Program-made: the position numbers and the translations under genes
The notes under the pieces: model-generated
What the model saw: the letters and a program-made list of their open reading frames with translations, nothing else
Told to the model about the DNA's origin: nothing
Database searches by the model: none
Assembly (NCBI GenBank): GCA_001949185.1
Contig: BDGG01000006.1
Location: forward strand, 1,780,827-1,844,826
Reading direction: 5' to 3'
Length of the DNA: 64,000 bases
From: Ramazzottius varieornatus
Lineage: Eukaryota; Animalia; Tardigrada
Shown here: in pieces, positions 51,784 to 64,000 of the stretch
Numbering within the stretch: position 1 is the first letter of the stretch
Layout: the number at the start of each line of letters is the position of its first letter

Positions 51784-52062
51784 CGAGTGTGATATTTTCC
51801 GATTTGGTAAACTCTCACACCGAATCGAAGATTTCAGTATGAAGTCCACACCGATACTTTTGATTTGGTAAATTGCTGCACCGAAATTTCGATTAATCAC
51901 ACCAAATCAAACCGAAGAATCGGTAAACTGAAAAATATAACGTTTAACTTATTAACGGGAAAAACCAGGTAAAACTGGCGCAAAACGGGGCGATTTCGGT
52001 AATTTCTCATACCAAATCGATAGGTTCGATTTAGTTTCGGTAAATTTCGGTAAATCACACTT
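51784..52062. repeat. Probable MITE remnant rich in ACCGA/TCGGT motifs
   Basis: Imperfect terminal inverted AGTGTGAT..TT(A/T)CCGA and many internal ACCGAA/TTCGGT copies; no clear TSD. Confidence 0.45.
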
Positions 52063-53182
52063 ATCCAATCTCAAAACGCCCATCAGCATTTATGCCGAAG
52101 GTCGGGGACTTCCAGTAATAAACGCATTCGAATCAGTTTGCGGACACCTACGCGATTCCTGTTCAGCTGAATTTTTTGCATAATCAATAGGTAACGAAAA
52201 CGGAGCTTCTTTTGTTTTCTTTTGTCTGTGGGACCAGTCGAGTTTCCGCATATTGGCGCTACAGTTTTCTTCTGTATTCGTTTTATGGTCGATGACGTAA
52301 GTAGTATTTGCTCCGCCTCGATATTCATCTAACGCAAACAATTGAACGTGTGTTTTAGCTTCAGCAAGGCGCGGTACTGCAGCTCTACAGTGCTCGCTCA
52401 TGAACTCTCTTAAAGAGCAATTCTGTTCATCCTCGACTCTCGATCAAGAATCAACCGGCCTCCCTTGGCAGAGATGTTGAGGTTGACCAAACTGCTTGCC
52501 AAAGAATGTGCCGTGTATCGGGAACCACCTCGCGATATGCAACTGCAGGATCATGCCGCAAGAGTCTCGTGTACGGTCCCCGACACGAACTTCTCATGAT
52601 ATTTTATTTGGCATCCGCAAGTGGTTTTTCGGGTTCAATGTACCCGGTACATTATAAGCTTACTTTGGCAAGAGTTTACTCTTGCCAAAGTTAGTACTCT
52701 TCAAATACTGGAGCAACAACAGAACTGATACCGAAGGAAGAGTGAGAATCCAGGGCACATCATTCCGAGAGTACAAAACGAGCCAATCCTCGTTCCTTCG
52801 GACGGAGAATGAGAGAAAGATAGATTTCCACGGAACTTTAGAGGTCAAGATTAGCCATCAGCAATGGAGAACACCAATAAGAACAGAGGAAACTGAAAGG
52901 TAAAACAACGAGGGACGAAAGAACTGTTCAGGAAGAGGTGAGCCTCTTTCCCAAGTAACGCATCCTTAAGACCGATCGTATGGTGGTTATCGTCGTTCGC
53001 TACGACCGTACCCTGACACTGCGTACCGTTTTGGTTGTCGACCATCTTGTCGGTCTTCCAGTCGGTAAGGATCGACACTTTGTTCTGGAGTGTTCCTGGC
53101 ACCATTCTGCCATCGTGCCTTCTCTTTCTGAAAGACGCAAAACCATCAAGTAAGACTGAAAAGTTCTCACGGGTTTCTGGTT

Positions 53183-55180
53183 TCATCGACCTACCTCAAA
53201 CGGCGAGCGTTCTATTGGCGCTATGTAGCTCTGATATGCAGCCGAACTGTGACACCTTGAATAGCCGTGATGAGGCGAGCGAGAATAATCTCGATCAGGA
53301 TGATCAGGAACTGGAGTTGGTCTTGAAGAACTGTGGTAGCCACCGTGACGAGGAGAAGACGACCGACTTCGGGAACGCTTCGGACGTTGATGAGCCGGCG
53401 ACGCGGAACGTCTGGATCGTACATCTGGACGATAGGGCGACGTTCTACGAGGTGACGGGACGGGTATGCTAGGTTTCTCCCGGGACAGACTACGATGCTT
53501 TCGAGTGTCGGAAGATGCACGGACGTCTCGGCGTCCAGCGACAGTACGTTGCGCTAGTTTGTCATTCAAGTAGTAATCTCTCATGGCAAAGTCTTTGGAG
53601 CTCGGACGTGCCCAGTGTACTATCAGTTTGAAGGCCCCATTGTCTCGATAACTGCAACGACACAGAGATTGCATCCCTGAAATGGGAGGTCCGTCAAGAA
53701 ATTCGACCAGGTTATTCTCAAGTGGCGCACATTTTCGGTGCTATCAGCCGGAGCGGTGCGCCACTTGGAAAACTCAACAAATCTGTTTTCCGACGTAGCG
53801 CATGTTCTTAGTGTTATTAACTGAACGCGTGCGCCACTGGGAGGAACGATCTTGTCGAGCTTGCTTGGAAAAACAACACTACCTCGCAGCTCATACCTGT
53901 GGTTCAGCAGTTTGATGGCCCTGATGCCTACTTCCAACTCCCGAATTTCCACGAAGACCACGTTACTGTTTGGCGCCAGATGTATGGCGACATATGGCAG
54001 ACGGGTCTCTTCGAACACCGCACGGACAGCCTCAAAGTTGTTCCAGTGTGCTTTTAATTTTGTCCGGACTATATGCAGCACAAAGAGCTTGTAGTACCCA
54101 GAGGCGAATAAGAAAGGCACCCCAATGGTTGTATCGCCAGCATCAAGTTGCTTATCCTTTGAGGATGTTTGGGCAAGATCTGGCTGAGCAACACTCGGCT
54201 GAGGAGAGCCAGCTGTGGAAGTGATACTGACTTGATCAGGGTCCAAGACTGCGTGAGTCCTCTCTGCGTTATTTTCAAGAAAATTCGCTATCATGTCCGA
54301 ATCACTTTTTGGCGCGATAATTTCCTCACGAACTTCTTTCTTCAATACCATGTTTTTTACTGCAAATTCCGACACGAGCTTTGCGCCTGTGTCACGTTTC
54401 ACTTGTGCTTCATACTTGGCAGGAACTTGGGCATCGGACGTGACAGCCAAAGGCGTTTCGCTCATCTCTGACGGAGTTGGTTCTACTGTGGTCACAACAG
54501 CGGCCTGACTACCAGCGGTCAAAGCTTCCTCCGCAAGTTTGTAGTGGCCATTGTCAATCGAAACTTTACCCCACACCTTCATGGAGTTCGTGGAACATTG
54601 GACCATCTCGGTGATCTGTTGCGAAGATAATGCCTTTGGAAATCTGAAAAAAGAACCGAAAATGAACCGATATTCCCTAATCGACACCGACGTCACACAT
54701 GCGATCGTTCGACAGGTGCTCAGCAGCGCGTTTTCACGAGAACCCTATGACGGCTACGTTACTCAATAAAAACTAACCGAAAAATCAGTAATTTTTAGAT
54801 TATTCGTCCCAAAATCCTCTGGTTGATTCTTCTCACCTGAAGGCGGCCGAGATGTAGCTACATAGATCCACCAGACTCACGCCATTGACGAAGGACGAAA
54901 GGCTTCGCAGAGAATGGAGCACAGCATCATCCATGACAGTATTGTCGGTGATGAGAATGTTCGTTAGTCGGACGTACATCCATCCCGTCGACAGCTGGAC
55001 GAATGTCCCTGTTGACTTTAGAACCAGAAACCAATCGTTACAGTGCGACGAAATAATGTCCAGAACATTGTAGAACGTCGGCTCCTTATTCTTCTCGAAG
55101 GTAATCTGCAGAGCGATGGGCATAAGCCTGTCGATGCATTCCAGCAGCAGGCTGTCAGAGTTATCCTCGTTCTTCGTCAT
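53183..55180 (-). CDS. WH(H15-like)-RRM-RS protein, paralogue B (apparently intact; exons 55180-54837, 54643-53897, 53651-53183)
   Basis: Phase-2 GT-AG introns give an open frame. N-terminal helical domain ends SMKVWGKVSIDNGHYKL; RRM YKLFV...VVFVEI..AIKLLN..FKLIVHWARP; RS/SP-rich C-terminus (RSRRS..KRSRSRSSSPR..SRSP). Confidence 0.8.
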
Positions 55181-55981
55181 TTTTCGGTCTATCGATTACT
55201 TTGGTTACTTCCTCGTCCTCAGCAACATGTCCTCCCTTAAGCTCCGTCGTTCTCGTAAACAGAAGTTAAGGTTGAGGTGGACGGAAACAGATTAGTACGA
55301 TGGTTATCTCGGTGAGCAGCTGTCTCTGAGAAGTGAGAAGCCAGAATGAGAATAACCAGCTTGCCCAGAAAGAGCTGTTGATGACGCAATCGACATTATC
55401 CGCTCGTTCTGGTGAGAAACACCAAATTAATGGCTTGTCGTACCTTCCAGAATTCGCCGGTTACGGCCGGTAAGACTAAGGGGGGCCACCCTTGCCTTGG
55501 GCCCTTGGTTGGTGGCCAGTGGACTTCGCTTCGGCACGCCCTGGCACTGAGCCATGGCAGCATGGCCCTGACATTCAGACCTCAGAACCGATCTCATTTA
55601 TCAGTCATCTCTGAAAGAGTGATAGTCTGAAAATCCCGATAAGTCGGAACCCATGATTCTGGCGGACAACTGGAAACGACCAGACTGTTTTGATTTTCAG
55701 AAACAGCGAATTTAAGACAAATTACCAGAAAATAGAGAACAGGGAAAGAACTTTACCAAAGCCAAATATCAGATCTGCTTTCGTTGGAAAAGATTCAACA
55801 TGGAGTCAGGCGCTTGCGAAGTAAAGATCGAATCTTCAGACACCCAACGAACTAGGCGGTAAAACTGAAAATCCAGGGACAAACATCCAGAAAGATAACG
55901 CAGAAACACCAAATACTGTAACAGAACAACCAAGGAACTCGAAACAGAAAAAGAAGGCGATGACAAAAAAGGAAGGAACTC

Positions 55982-57848
55982 TTATGGCGAATCTTGACCG
56001 GTTATGAAGAAGGTAAGATCGTCTTTTACAGGCGGACTTCCTTCCGGCGTAGACGGACCTATATTTCCTATGTCTTGATCCACAGAACTTGGGTATCTGT
56101 GAGCAGAATCCGATGGTGATCGCGTGCGACGATACTTCCGCTCTCGTGGAGAACGCGACCGGTTGCGAGAACGTTTTGAGCCACGACGATCAGGCCATGC
56201 CGAACGTCTGTCGCGACGGTACAGCGAAGATCGCGAACGACGACACAACGATCGCGGATACGCTGAGCGAGACCGAGTGCGTCGATCACGCGGTGGCGTA
56301 CCTCGGACAGTCCGGCTCTTCAACGGAGACCGATGAAGTTGCTCTCGCTGCTGCCGCCGCTCCTTCCCCCAGTTTGCGTATTCGAGATCCACCAGGTCTC
56401 GCTTGTTCGGTCGTGCCCATTCTACCGTCAGCTGAAACTTCCCTCGCTCCTGACAACTGCAAAGCAAGGACAGGATACTTCAGCAAACTTAGGAGTTCAG
56501 CAAACGTAACAAGATTGCTTCCAAAGTGGCGCACTGTTTTAGTGTTCGTGACCGCAATCATGCGCCACTTAGAAAGTCATTCTTTTCCAGTTTGTTTGCC
56601 GAGCAGCGAGCTTCCATTTGGATCTGAAGCATACCTGTTGCGGAGCTTATCGATGGCTCGGACGCCGTCCAGAATTTCTTCCACTTCGACGAAAGCCATG
56701 TGAGGTTTTGTCGGTGGGACGAACAGACGGGCAAAACACAGACCACTTTTTCTGAGCAGGGAACGTAGGATGTCTCCGTTACCGATGTTGGCTCTCGTTC
56801 TGCCTCCGTACAACATGACCACCCTGTAGCAGTTACTGGCATACAGGAAGGGTTTGTCTGGAACGAAATCTCCTTTGACCTCTTTTAAACTGTTCAAAGG
56901 GGATACAGTTGGTTGAGGGGAATCGGCTGGCGAGATATGGCTAACTTGGTCGAAATCAACCTTCTCCAGAGACTTTCCGGATGTGCTAGCTGTGCTTTCG
57001 TTCGCATCAAATATTTCCTCGGGAAAATATTTTTCAACAGCTGTATTTTCCGAAGCGCTTTCCGAAAGCATGCTCGTGATTCGGTCAGATGCGGGTTGTG
57101 CCTTGTGTTTCATTTCCTGCTTGGTTAGTGACGTTGTTCGGGCTGGAAGTTTGGGCAGCCTGTCTTCTCCGAAACTGAGGTTCGTCGGGTCTTCTTCCCG
57201 GAATTTGTAGCGACCATCGAGAACCAGGACCTTGCCTCAAACTACCATTGATTTTAGGGAGCACTGGACCATGTCCGAGATTCGTTCCAAAGAAGCTTCT
57301 CCTGGAAATCTACAAACACAACAGAAAATAAAATTACACTCTGTACCGGCACACGTGAAGCCACATTAAAAAAAGCCAATTGTCTAGAGCATTTACATAG
57401 TGAATAATGTAACGTCCGAGGCAAAACGTCAGAGGCCAAAATATGGCAAAGCCAGTATTTCAACATGTCATCCACTTCAGTTTCAAGGCTGACGTAGTCC
57501 TTACCTGAAAGCGATAAAAATACAGCTACACAGATCCATCATTTCTACTCCTGCCGCGGGCGACGAAAGCTTTCGGAGAGTGCAGAGAACGGCATCGTTC
57601 ATGGCGGTGCTGTCCGTCATGACAGTGTTGGTTTGACGGACGTAAGTCCATCCCGTCGACAGCTGAACGGATTTCCCCGTGGCTGTCAAAGCGCGATACC
57701 ATTCGTGTCCACATACCGCGGTGACATGGACGACATTCTTGAAGGTGGGTTCCTCGTTTCTCCCGATGGAGATCTGAAGAGCAGTGGGCATAATTCTGTC
57801 GATGCACCGCCGTAGGAGACTTTCTGGGCTATCCTCCCTTTCCGCCAT
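55982..57848 (-). pseudogene. WH-RRM-RS paralogue C with a single in-frame TGA (57237-57239) at the conserved Trp
   Basis: Same three-exon structure; SMVV*GKV versus SMKVWGKV; RRM MAFVEVEEILDGVRAIDKL; long RS tail. Confidence 0.75.
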
Positions 57849-58954
57849 CCCAGCTGAATCTGCGCGAGTCCAGCGATCCGTGTAGCATCGAGGTATCCTG
57901 CAGAAAGTTATGGTTAATATTAACTTAAATAGGGAGATTACTGCATCAAGATCAACAGAGTGAACAGACTTCTTTTTTACCGCAACCACTAAAATGAAGC
58001 ACTCGATCAAAGTGACAGACAGTCAGCTCAGCTGCCGGTGTTTATTCCGCTAGTTTTAACGCACACCAGAGGGCTTGCCAAGTCGAGCGTACGGAGACGG
58101 TCCCATTGCCCAGTGGAGTTTCGAAGATCCCGATCAGTGATTCTAAAGTTTTGTTTTGAAACTTTCGGGACTCTAGAGTTCCCACACATTAAGTCCTTTC
58201 CCAGGAACATGTTCCACGACGGAAACCATGCAGGTGCGCCAAGATTGCGAGCAGATGCTTCTTCAGGGTATTAGTGAACAGGAGGAATGTATCTCATGAA
58301 ACAGGACTGATAACAGCGGAAAAAATGGACGTTAGGATCGTTTTCAGTTCATCGAGTATCACGCACAATAACAGGTACACAATAATAGAAATAAAACAAT
58401 AACAGTCGTTCGTGGATCCAAGGTTGAGGAACACAGTATCAGTAAAGACAGTGTGGTGGAAAGGAACAAGTACGGTGCATCTTTTCGACTTTTCTATCCG
58501 GGAAACTTCCCTGCCCCCACGAAGGCACGTCCGTCAAAGAGCCGCCTTGACGGCAAGCGGGACATCTCGACGGGTCGCACAGTTTCTTCTTCTCTCGGGC
58601 TGTCAAAGCTGCTGGAAACTGTAGAATCGGATGATGATTCTGACGAGTGGGGACTCTTCAAGACCCGAGATCGACTTTGGGAATGGCGGACCCGCGACCC
58701 GCTTCTCCGCAGTTACCACAATGCAAGAGGTCTCATGACAATAAGATCTCTATTTGAAAAAAATCATTTGGAACTGGGTGATCTGCTCCTATGGGCCCAA
58801 GAACGCATCTAACAACATCCGGTTCCTGGTTTTAATGAGCGGCATTCGATAACCAACGCGCACCTCTGCACACCCACAAGTAACGATTGACCAGTGGTCA
58901 CCCTTTGGCTGACCACCTGCCCCTGTACAAGGAAAGAGTTTGCCCTATGCAAGG

Positions 58955-59101
58955 GTGTGCACGCGCCTGGCCTAACTGATGCCATGGAAAAAACAGCTAG
59001 CAGCCGGTCGAAAGCGGCAACGTACATCAAATTAAGGTGGCCATGACCGCTTTCGGCCAACTCTTTGTCCATGCTAACAGTAAGGCCAGGCGCGTGTACA
59101 G
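58955..59101. mobile_element. ~145-bp MITE sharing TIRs with the 61205-62499 element
   Basis: GTGCACGCGCCTGGCCTAACTG ... CAGTAAGGCCAGGCGCGTGTACAG followed by TA. Confidence 0.7.
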
Positions 59102-60608
59102 TAGTGTATTTTTGGGAATAAATTTTTGTTGCAGAGTTCTTGCTGCGGTCAGGTGTGTACCATTGATATCTGCGTGAAGTCAGAGAAGCAGGAGTGCGAA
59201 CGTGGTACTGACGGCGTAATTTCTGACCTAGTTGAAATACGAAACTACAATTTTAATTAGCCATTGATTCTCCGTACAACTGGACATGATTATTCCATGT
59301 CATTCTTGGCAGTGGAAATAAGACTGTAATGTTTAGGTGGTGGTGGAACATATCCCTTCATTCGACACGCTGGACCCTTACTGCTGATTTTCGGCCGTTA
59401 GACCTCTAACGTATCAACGTGTATGGGTCGCCGCCTATTTCCAACACGGTTCGGGTCAGAACTGACTGGTGTAGCACAGAGTGATTAATCATTTCAAGTG
59501 GCAATGAAATCAACGGAAAGAAGATCCGCAGTCCACTCTGTTCTTAGTAAACACCATGTTTCGACAGGTATAGCGGCGGAGATATCATGGGATGTCGGCA
59601 AATGAACTGAACAAGATCCCTATCTCAAGTGGTGTTCGTGTCCATTGCTACCGGCACAGAGAGTGAGCGCCTCTGGGAAAACCACCAGCTGAACTCATTT
59701 ACGGACGTCTCATCCGCGCTATACACACAGATCATCGGAAGTATTAAGATAGAAATTGCGCGGTATGCTGAAGATGAGCAGCTCGGTGTCAAATCTAGGT
59801 CCTTTTGACCCACTTTGTTTTCACATTACCCGCCAACAGGAATGAAAACTGCGCCACACAAGATAACGATTCTTCCGAGATCGTTTGCAGGCTCCCCATC
59901 TTGGTCTCGGCCATCTATACCCTTCGTCTTGTACGCCCGTCTGAATCACTGTTGTCGACTTGTGCTGTACGCGTTTTCACCACGACGTGACGGTTCTCAA
60001 CATAAAGGCAAACAAAGGCCTCAGTTAGCTCACTCGCGATAGTTCAAAGTTCAATCATAACCACTGTAAAACCCTTATCTGCCGAAGTGATATCTCGCTT
60101 AATGTTCATCTGCCGCTTATGAGCTTTGCATCATGAAATACTCTGATGAATGCTACACAAGGTTGCATCAGCCGTTTCAACTCGCCCCTAACTGCCCCAG
60201 ATGAAAAAATCGATTCCTGAACATTTTTGGCCATTGACCAAATCACCCAGTCCGAAATGACTTTCTTCATTTAGTTAAGTAGTTAATTGGTCGGTATCAC
60301 AACAAAAAGACAAATCAGTAACGCTCAAAGAGAGGAACAAGTTATGATAAGGTCAAAGAAATCAAATGTATATCAGAGCCATTTAGGTTGGTCGTTTTTC
60401 CACCATTTCCGGTCCTAGCCGATCCGTGACAACAAGGTGAAATAATAAGAAATATCATACGACATATACAAAAGCAGTTGAAATGCGGTCCACTTCCGTT
60501 CGTTTTCATCCATCCTCGTGAAGGTACGTCCGGCGACGGAGAAGTCTACACAGGAAGCGCGATTTTGACGTTCCGCTCGTCTTAATTCTTCCGTCCGGCT
60601 GTCAGAAC

Positions 60609-63600
60609 TCAAGACCTTGAAGAAGCTGACGATTTTCGTAAACGATGATTCTCCGACGAGCGCGACCGACTTCGAGAACGCTTCGAGTAACGGCGAATCC
60701 GGTGCGCGGAGCGCTCGTGTGATCGGGTTGAACTTCGCAGAGGGGATCGTGAGCTCTTGGACGCAGAGCGAGATCGGGACGTGCTCGAGCTACCAGTAGA
60801 TCCACTTGATCTGGAAGGAGATCGGTGACGTCGCGAATCTCGGTTTTCGGATTGACGACGAGCCGTTGGCTGCCGCTTTTGCCACTTTGCAAACTTCAGG
60901 TCGGCAAAGTCTTTTCCGTTGGGATGCGCCCATTCAACCGTTAGCTAGTACACTCCTTTACAGTGTAAACTGCAATTGAACAAAGTGAGCTATCCGTTTT
61001 CAGAAAAAAATTGGAATCGGCAAACAAACTCGCCCAGATAGTTTTCCTGTTGATAGGAGACGTACACATCCACTTCTTTTTAGTTGAAGCGTGCGCCACT
61101 TGCACAAACATTCCTGTCGTAAGTGTTTTCCCAAGTAGCGCATGTTTCTGCCGTTGTTGGTTGGCAGTGTGCGCCACTTGAAATTAACGATGTTGTCGTT
61201 TGTACTGTATACGCGGCTCGCCTAGTTGTTGGCCTGGAAAAAAATTCTGGCCACTGATTTCCGAATCAGCGGCTCCACCTGCTGTATTCGCTTGCGGCTG
61301 AAACAGAAGGGGAATCACCACACATTACCGCTTTACCTACACGAGCAACCAAACGTTTGCAGAGATCTCCTCAATCATCGTAGACCTGGTTTCCTTCCAT
61401 ATGCTTGGTTATTTTGCTAGACAAATGCAGCACTGATGGTAAATCAACGTTTACAGCTATTCTCTTCATTAATGGAACACCACAGGAACTATCACGAACC
61501 GAACTCATAGGCGGTAACTGAGAGCAGGTACTAGGCTGAGCTAGGCAGAATACTCCGCCACACTCATCTCGCGTCGTACCCCCCTCTTTATTTTACACGA
61601 CCACACAGGTCAGGTCACCACACAGGTCAGCGCAAGATGACACAGGTCAAGTTCGAACTACAAAGGTCAACGTCAACCACACAGTTCCCGTTCAAGCCAC
61701 ACAGGAAAGAACTCATCGACAGGGAGCCAACATCAATCCGAGAACCGCTAATTCGTCGTTAAAGTTTCTATGACCAAGAAGACTAATCCCAATTGCATAA
61801 GTAATTACAGCACCGAATAAAGATAATTTAACCTTATAACTTTGCTAAACCGACGAGTCATCAACAAAAGCGGGACGGTGGGTGGGAAGAAAAGAACCAA
61901 AATAGCGTAAAACCGATCTTCCGATCGACACGCACACAGCACGAGACATTCTTCCTTTCTCTCCACCGTACTTGTTTGTACACATGACAACCGTGCTTGA
62001 GACTATTTGACCACTTTCTTTTCTCGCTTCCTCTCAAAGTCCACCAGTTCTGTCAGCCTAAGAACTACTTAAAACGCTGATTACGAGAAGCTGTAAATGT
62101 AGATTGTACACCTAACGGCGTATCTAATATATTAAAACTTGAGTTTTCTCGCCGGAAAGGCTCTTACTTAGGCAATCCACCACCTTATGAGACAACCGCA
62201 CGAACTGCCTTTTTCAGGCTATCCTCCGTATACTTTCGCTGTCTCTTGCTCTTCAGACATTCCGGCATATTCCAGGCTAACCTTCCTCAAGATGGGAAAA
62301 GAAGTACGAAATAAGAAACGAAATCTGGAATGACACTGTATTCCGCATATTGCACTGCGAAATTTTACTTGCTGACGTCACAGGGCTAGTTTCTGCTACG
62401 ACATAACAATCTCTGCGTTAAACTGCCGCCAGCCCGTCCGGCCAGAAATTTGGTCCAGGCCAATAATCAGGCCAATAATTAGGCCAGCCGCGTGTACTGT
62501 ACCTTTGGTGCAACTTCTGGATAGCTTCGAGACCGTCTTCTATTTTCTCCACTTCAACGAAAGCCATGTGGCTTTTTCTGGGTGGTATGATTATCTGGCA
62601 GAAGCGCAGTTTGTTCTGCTCAAAGGTCACTCGAACTTGGTCTTTTACGCTCAACTTGACTTTGGTGCGAATTCTGGATTTGTACACGACGAATAGCCTG
62701 TAGCAGCCACCGGCGTACAGGAAGGGTTCACCAAAGGATGGCTTGAAGACTTGCATACTTCCTTTAGCAGCACTCGAATCTGGCCCCCGCGGAGTGCTCA
62801 AAGGAGAAACAGGCGACTGGTGAGACTCTGTCGATGAAATGATACTAACTTGATCCGCGTGCAGTACTGCGTTGATCTTTTCGACGGCATTCTCGAAGGA
62901 CTTCGAGGAAACATGAGACTCGTCTGGCCTTTGGTCTGGCTTGCTGTCGTTGTCGATGCCTGTCTTTTCAGGGATTCTAGTTTCAGTCCTAACTGGCAGC
63001 TTTTTTCCCGTACTCTCTGGGAAGATGGTGATAGTCATCTGCGGCTGAACTTCCGGTTCATGCTTTACATCGACCTTAGAAGACAAGGAGGTCAAAGAAG
63101 TCGTGACCGCTGCTTTCTTGGCTTCGTTTCCGGACAAGGGCTCTTCCGAGAGCCTGTAGCAACCCTTATCCACCACCACCCTACCCCAGACTTTCATCAA
63201 GTTGGCAGAGCACTGAATCTTTTCGGTGATCACTTCTGGCGATAGCACTTCCGGGAGCCTGAAAAGAAATGAACAGAACATTCTTTCTTGTTCTGTCCTT
63301 CATCTGCACTCTATTAACCTACCTGAAAGCTGCGATGATATAGTTGCAGATTTCTGCCAGTTTGGCTCTTTTTCCAGCAGAAGAGAGGTGTCGGATGGCG
63401 TCCAGGACAGCTTCGTCCATGTCAGAGTGTTCACTGATGACAGTGTTGGTTCGGCGGACGTACGTCCATCCCGTCGACAACTGGACGAATTTCCCCGTGG
63501 CTGTCAGATTGAGAAACCATTCGTGCCCGTACGTTGCGATGACATGGAGGATATTTTTAAAGATGGGCGCTTCGCTATTGTCCAGAATGGTCTGCAGAGC

Positions 63601-63666
63601 AAGGGGCATGACTTGATCGATGCATTCCCCCAGTTCACTTACAGGATGATCCTCCTTCTCGGCCAT
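60609..63666 (-). pseudogene. WH-RRM-RS paralogue D (exons 63666-63323, 63258-62503, 60969-60609) with an in-frame TAG at 60945-60947
   Basis: Homologous exons; exon 3 reads SLHCKGVY*LTVEWAHP (paralogue C has FQLTVEWARP), then an RS tail; 1.3 kb element in intron 2. Confidence 0.75.
61205..62499. mobile_element. Non-autonomous TA-flanked Tc1/mariner-type element (1295 bp)
   Basis: TIRs CTGTATACGCGGCTCGCCTAGTTGTTGGCCTGG and (reverse complement) CAGTACACGCGGCTGGCCTAATTATTGGCCTG; TA at 61203-61204 and 62500-62501; no transposase ORF; internal GACCTGTGT repeats. Confidence 0.9.
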
Positions 63667-64000
63667 TTTCAGTTTGATTCCGCTGTGCGACTGCGTTGTC
63701 CCAATGTTCCTGCAAACAGAGATCAAGGTAGGCAAATAGGGAAGGAGAGCAGAAATATGCCTAGCGCGCTGGGTCCATCGGCGCATTGTCTATCTCGTGT
63801 ACGATCTCGCTGGCCGAATAACATACCAAGGGTTTGCCATCGGGCTATGAGCATTCAGTAATGGTACGCCGTAGGGCGGAGATCTGGCTGAACTGGCAGA
63901 ACAGCCGATGGCGCCGGTAGGCGTAAACCAAAACAATGCCAAAGCCGGATCTTCACTGGTGCATCTATCATAACACAGCCAATGGAAGGCAGCTAACGCA

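Noticed and set aside
53652-53676. 'LCRC/LCSC' resembling SRSF3 'LCGC' after the RRM helix
   Set aside because: Phase analysis places the splice acceptor downstream (TTGCAG|T), so these residues are intronic and not part of the protein.
32195-61177. Conserved repeats with variable fixed-length spacers, superficially CRISPR-like or RSS-like
   Set aside because: The arms are inverted and dispersed in introns rather than a tandem direct-repeat array; there are no cas genes and no heptamer/nonamer pairs; the context is eukaryotic.

Overview
Eukaryotic, intron-containing genomic DNA from a compact animal genome (short GT-AG introns; a small invertebrate such as a tardigrade is plausible, but that is inference only). 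From left to right: (1) a divergent, long-tailed histone H3 variant (CENP-A/CenH3-like); (2) a complete hAT transposon with TIRs, an 8-bp TSD and an intact-looking spliced transposase; (3) a multi-exon chromodomain gene; (4) a possible defence cluster: an intronless secreted Cys-rich LysM protein that ends 47 bp before a receptor tyrosine kinase whose ectodomain is a catalytically dead GH16 (beta-glucan-binding-like) domain, then an intronless bacterial-type GNAT, a secreted WAP protein and a decayed copy of the kinase; (5) a second, intronless chromodomain gene; (6) an ~11 kb multi-exon membrane-anchored Kunitz/thyroglobulin-1/WAP/antistasin protein; (7) a tandem array of five paralogues with a winged-helix(H15-like)-RRM-RS architecture, of which only one looks intact; (8) many DNA transposons and MITEs, including a mostly intronic palindromic family whose inverted GTGGCGCAC arms keep a fixed 24-25 bp spacing around otherwise divergent spacers. 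The strongest candidates for new biology are the LysM + GH16-RTK pair, the WH-RRM-RS family and the fixed-geometry dyad element. All domain calls come from motif recognition by eye; no database searches were run.
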